Source of the DNA: Octopus sinensis
Taxonomy: Eukaryota
Reading direction: 5' to 3'
Length of the DNA: 64,000 nucleotides
Assembly (NCBI RefSeq): GCF_006345805.1
Contig: NC_042999.1
Location: 2,604,001 to 2,668,000 of the forward strand
Shown here: one piece after another, positions 61,760-64,000 of the stretch
How positions within the stretch are numbered: the stretch's first letter is position 1
Layout of the letters: every line of letters begins with the position of its first letter
Made by a program: the position numbers and the translations under genes
The notes under the pieces: model-generated
Databases searched by the model: none
The model's input: only the letters and a program-made list of their open reading frames with translations
Told to the model about the DNA's origin: nothing

Positions 61760-62190
61760 ATAATCCGGGTTCCCTCCTTGTGTCCAGGGCTCAGCTTGCC
61801 AAGACTCTCCAGTTCCTTCTGCATTGTGATCCCTGCATACAATCAGTCAGGCTCTTGTTTCTAGTCTATTCTTTGATGTCACCATTCCACAGACGTCTTT
61901 GACAGCCTCTTGCACTCTTCCTCTCCATTACTTCCTCTCAGGATGGTCTTGGACTCATGGCACACTGCATGACCAAAATGTGATAGCTTTGTGGACTCGA
62001 TTCTCGACAGTAGGTATCTTTGGACTTGCATATTTTCTAGTTCTTCACCGATTGTTACCCCATCATTCCAGTTTGTTCTGTCCTATCTACAAAAGATCTA
62101 CATTGCAAAGGCCTCTATTTTTTATTCCATTCCTGTGAATTTTGCCCAAGTTTCTGCCCTGTAGAGGACAATTGTCATAACATAACAGTG
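61760..62190 (-). pseudogene. Degraded RTE (BovB-like) ORF2 C-terminal fragment
   Basis: Minus frame gives VLYRAETW..KIEAF..KLSHFGHA..KTILRG with stops. Confidence 0.65.
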
Positions 62191-62383
62191 TTATGTCTTT
62201 TGAGGCAAAGATACTCTAACATTTTGTTTTTATAAATAAGTAATAATAATAAGAAAGAAATCAGAAGCCTTAATGGTCAATTCTAGTCAAAAATGGAGCG
62301 GGAAAAAACTATGAAATCCAAATTTATTAAAAATTCAGATGAGGACATGCAGTGGGATTATTCTGATCTTTAGTAAGTTTGGT

Positions 62384-62436
62384 GACAACTCTGGACATGT
62401 TTCAGTCTTCTCAGTCCTCATCAGAAAAGAAATGTC
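62384..62436 (-). ncRNA. Minimal type-I hammerhead ribozyme motif
   Basis: Minus strand ...TTTT CTGATGA GGACT GAGA AGACT GAAAC AT GTC^CAGAG: intact CUGAUGA, GAAAC and GUC; GNRA-capped stem II; palindromic ACAUGU stem III. Confidence 0.65.
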
Positions 62437-62447
62437 TTTCTATTATT

Positions 62448-62661
62448 CTTTTCTACTCTAGGCACGAGCGCTGATATTTTGAGGGAGGGGACCAGTCGAT
62501 TAGATCGACCTCAGTATGCAACTAGTACTTAATTTATTAATCCCAAAAGTATGACAGGCAAAGTCAACTTTGGCAGAATTTGAACTCAGAATGTAAAGGC
62601 AGATGAAATACCTCTAAACATTTCACCCGACGTGCTAACGTTTCTGCCAGCTTGCTGTCTT
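62448..62661 (-). mobile_element. SINE family B with 17-bp TSD
   Basis: AATGTCTTTCTATTATT at 62431-62447 and 62662-62678. Confidence 0.9.
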
Positions 62662-62749
62662 AATGTCTTTCTATTATTATGCAAGATCTTATATATTTAT
62701 ATTGGTAAAGTATTTTGTGTATATTACTTAAGGTAGATGCATCGTTAAA

Positions 62750-62894
62750 AGCCTGATAAATTGCAGCATTCATCTCAAATGCCACAACCACTGCTAGATG
62801 AGTTTTGTCTGCTTCTGATATATTTATGCGTTTTTTAACACTATACGTCTATAACGGATGCCTTCTAGAGATGAATGCTGTAATTTGTCAGGCT
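62750..62894. repeat. Small element bounded by 27-bp inverted repeats
   Basis: AGCCTGATAAATTGCAGCATTCATCTC (62750-62776) vs GAGATGAATGCTGTAATTTGTCAGGCT (62868-62894), 2 mismatches. Confidence 0.75.
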
Positions 62895-64000
62895 ATCTGT
62901 TTTAAGTTTCATACACATATTGCTAGTTGGAACCAATACTGCTTCAGTCGCTTATAACAAATTTAAATGAACCAACCTTTTAATGTTCCTTCAACAACTG
63001 AAACTAAACATTTTCAACACTGAATTACTCAGTTATTAGTTTCCTAATTAAATATATCAGGATATGATAAAGTTCCTTCCTGAGTTATATAGACTCATAA
63101 GAGCTGGTTTCATGGCATATCTATTCACCACCTGGATGGGACGCCAGTCTACCACAGGATAACTCATTTTTACCGGCTGACCAAACTGGAGCAATGCGAA
63201 ATGAAGTGTTTTGCTCAAGAACACAATACATCGTCCAATCCAGGAATTGAAATCACACTCTTACTATCATGAATTCAATGCCCTGACGACCATATCAAGT
63301 ATATCGCTACCAACAAAAAATAAGTTATTCTCACCTGGAAAAAAAAAACGGGAAAAGATGTAAAAAGAAAAAAACAATAGCAAAATCTTATGGTATAGAA
63401 AATTATGAATATACCTAACAAATAAAAAACTCTGCAAAATTTATCTATTATTTTATTTTAAGTTTATTTAACTAATCGATTTACCAAATGTGTATTATAA
63501 TCTGGGTCACATGCAGATAATCAGATGGTTATTACAGGTAAAAATCTTTTCTGCTAAGTACAATGCTTTCCATTGTTAATGGTTGTACGTCTATGAAAAG
63601 ATCCATTATGTACTTTTAATATCTTTTATGCTCTAATTATACAACGAAGCCTTCTTCTATTGTAAAAGATCAGATATTAATGAAATGGAAGCAGAACCAC
63701 TCAGAAATTGTTTGTAGAGTAAATACACACAAAACAAATATATTAACATTCACACACTTGTACAAACAAATAGAGTCGCATTCACACAGTTGTACGTACA
63801 TACGGAGATTTGTTAACATTAATGCAATTATACACACACGTACAGTAATTTGTAAACATCCACTCGCCTATACTCATACGCAAATATATTAACATTGACA
63901 CACACACAGAAACACACACATATACACACTCGCACATATACACCAATGTGTTTATGTTCGCGCAATTATAGACGCAAGACGAACATGCGCGTTTATCTTC

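Overview
This is a eukaryotic, AT-rich, repeat-dominated window. The SINE/LINE families and the microsatellite load suggest an octopus (coleoid cephalopod) genome; that is an inference. I found no confident host protein-coding exon, no rRNA or true tRNA gene and no CRISPR array, and nearly all ORFs in the supplied track are low-complexity or transposon-derived. The main structure is an ~11.5-kb nested retroelement at 32.3-43.8 kb. An RTE-clade LINE (APE endonuclease, RT, a PHD-like C4HC3 finger in ORF2, and a 3' UTR amplified into six ~330-bp units) is split inside its RT by a young CsRN1/Kabuki-type Ty3/Gypsy element at 34581-40469. That element has 582/584-bp LTRs, a CATG target-site duplication, a tRNA-Trp PBS, a CHCC Gag knuckle and a G GGA AAC -1 frameshift site followed by a predicted H-type pseudoknot. 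Elsewhere there are three mariner fossils, a Dong/R4 restriction-like-endonuclease (RLE) LINE inside (TAA)n, and two copies of a second RLE LINE bounded by (CATA)n. The window also holds CR1, RTE and RTEX-like fragments, three adjacent TTAA-flanked MITEs, three long foldback elements, a doubly truncated U6 copy, two Penelope-type minimal hammerhead motifs and many tRNA-derived SINEs. Coordinates were read by eye: LTR, TSD and TIR boundaries should be close to exact, while SINE and fragment ends are approximate (about +/-10-20 bp).
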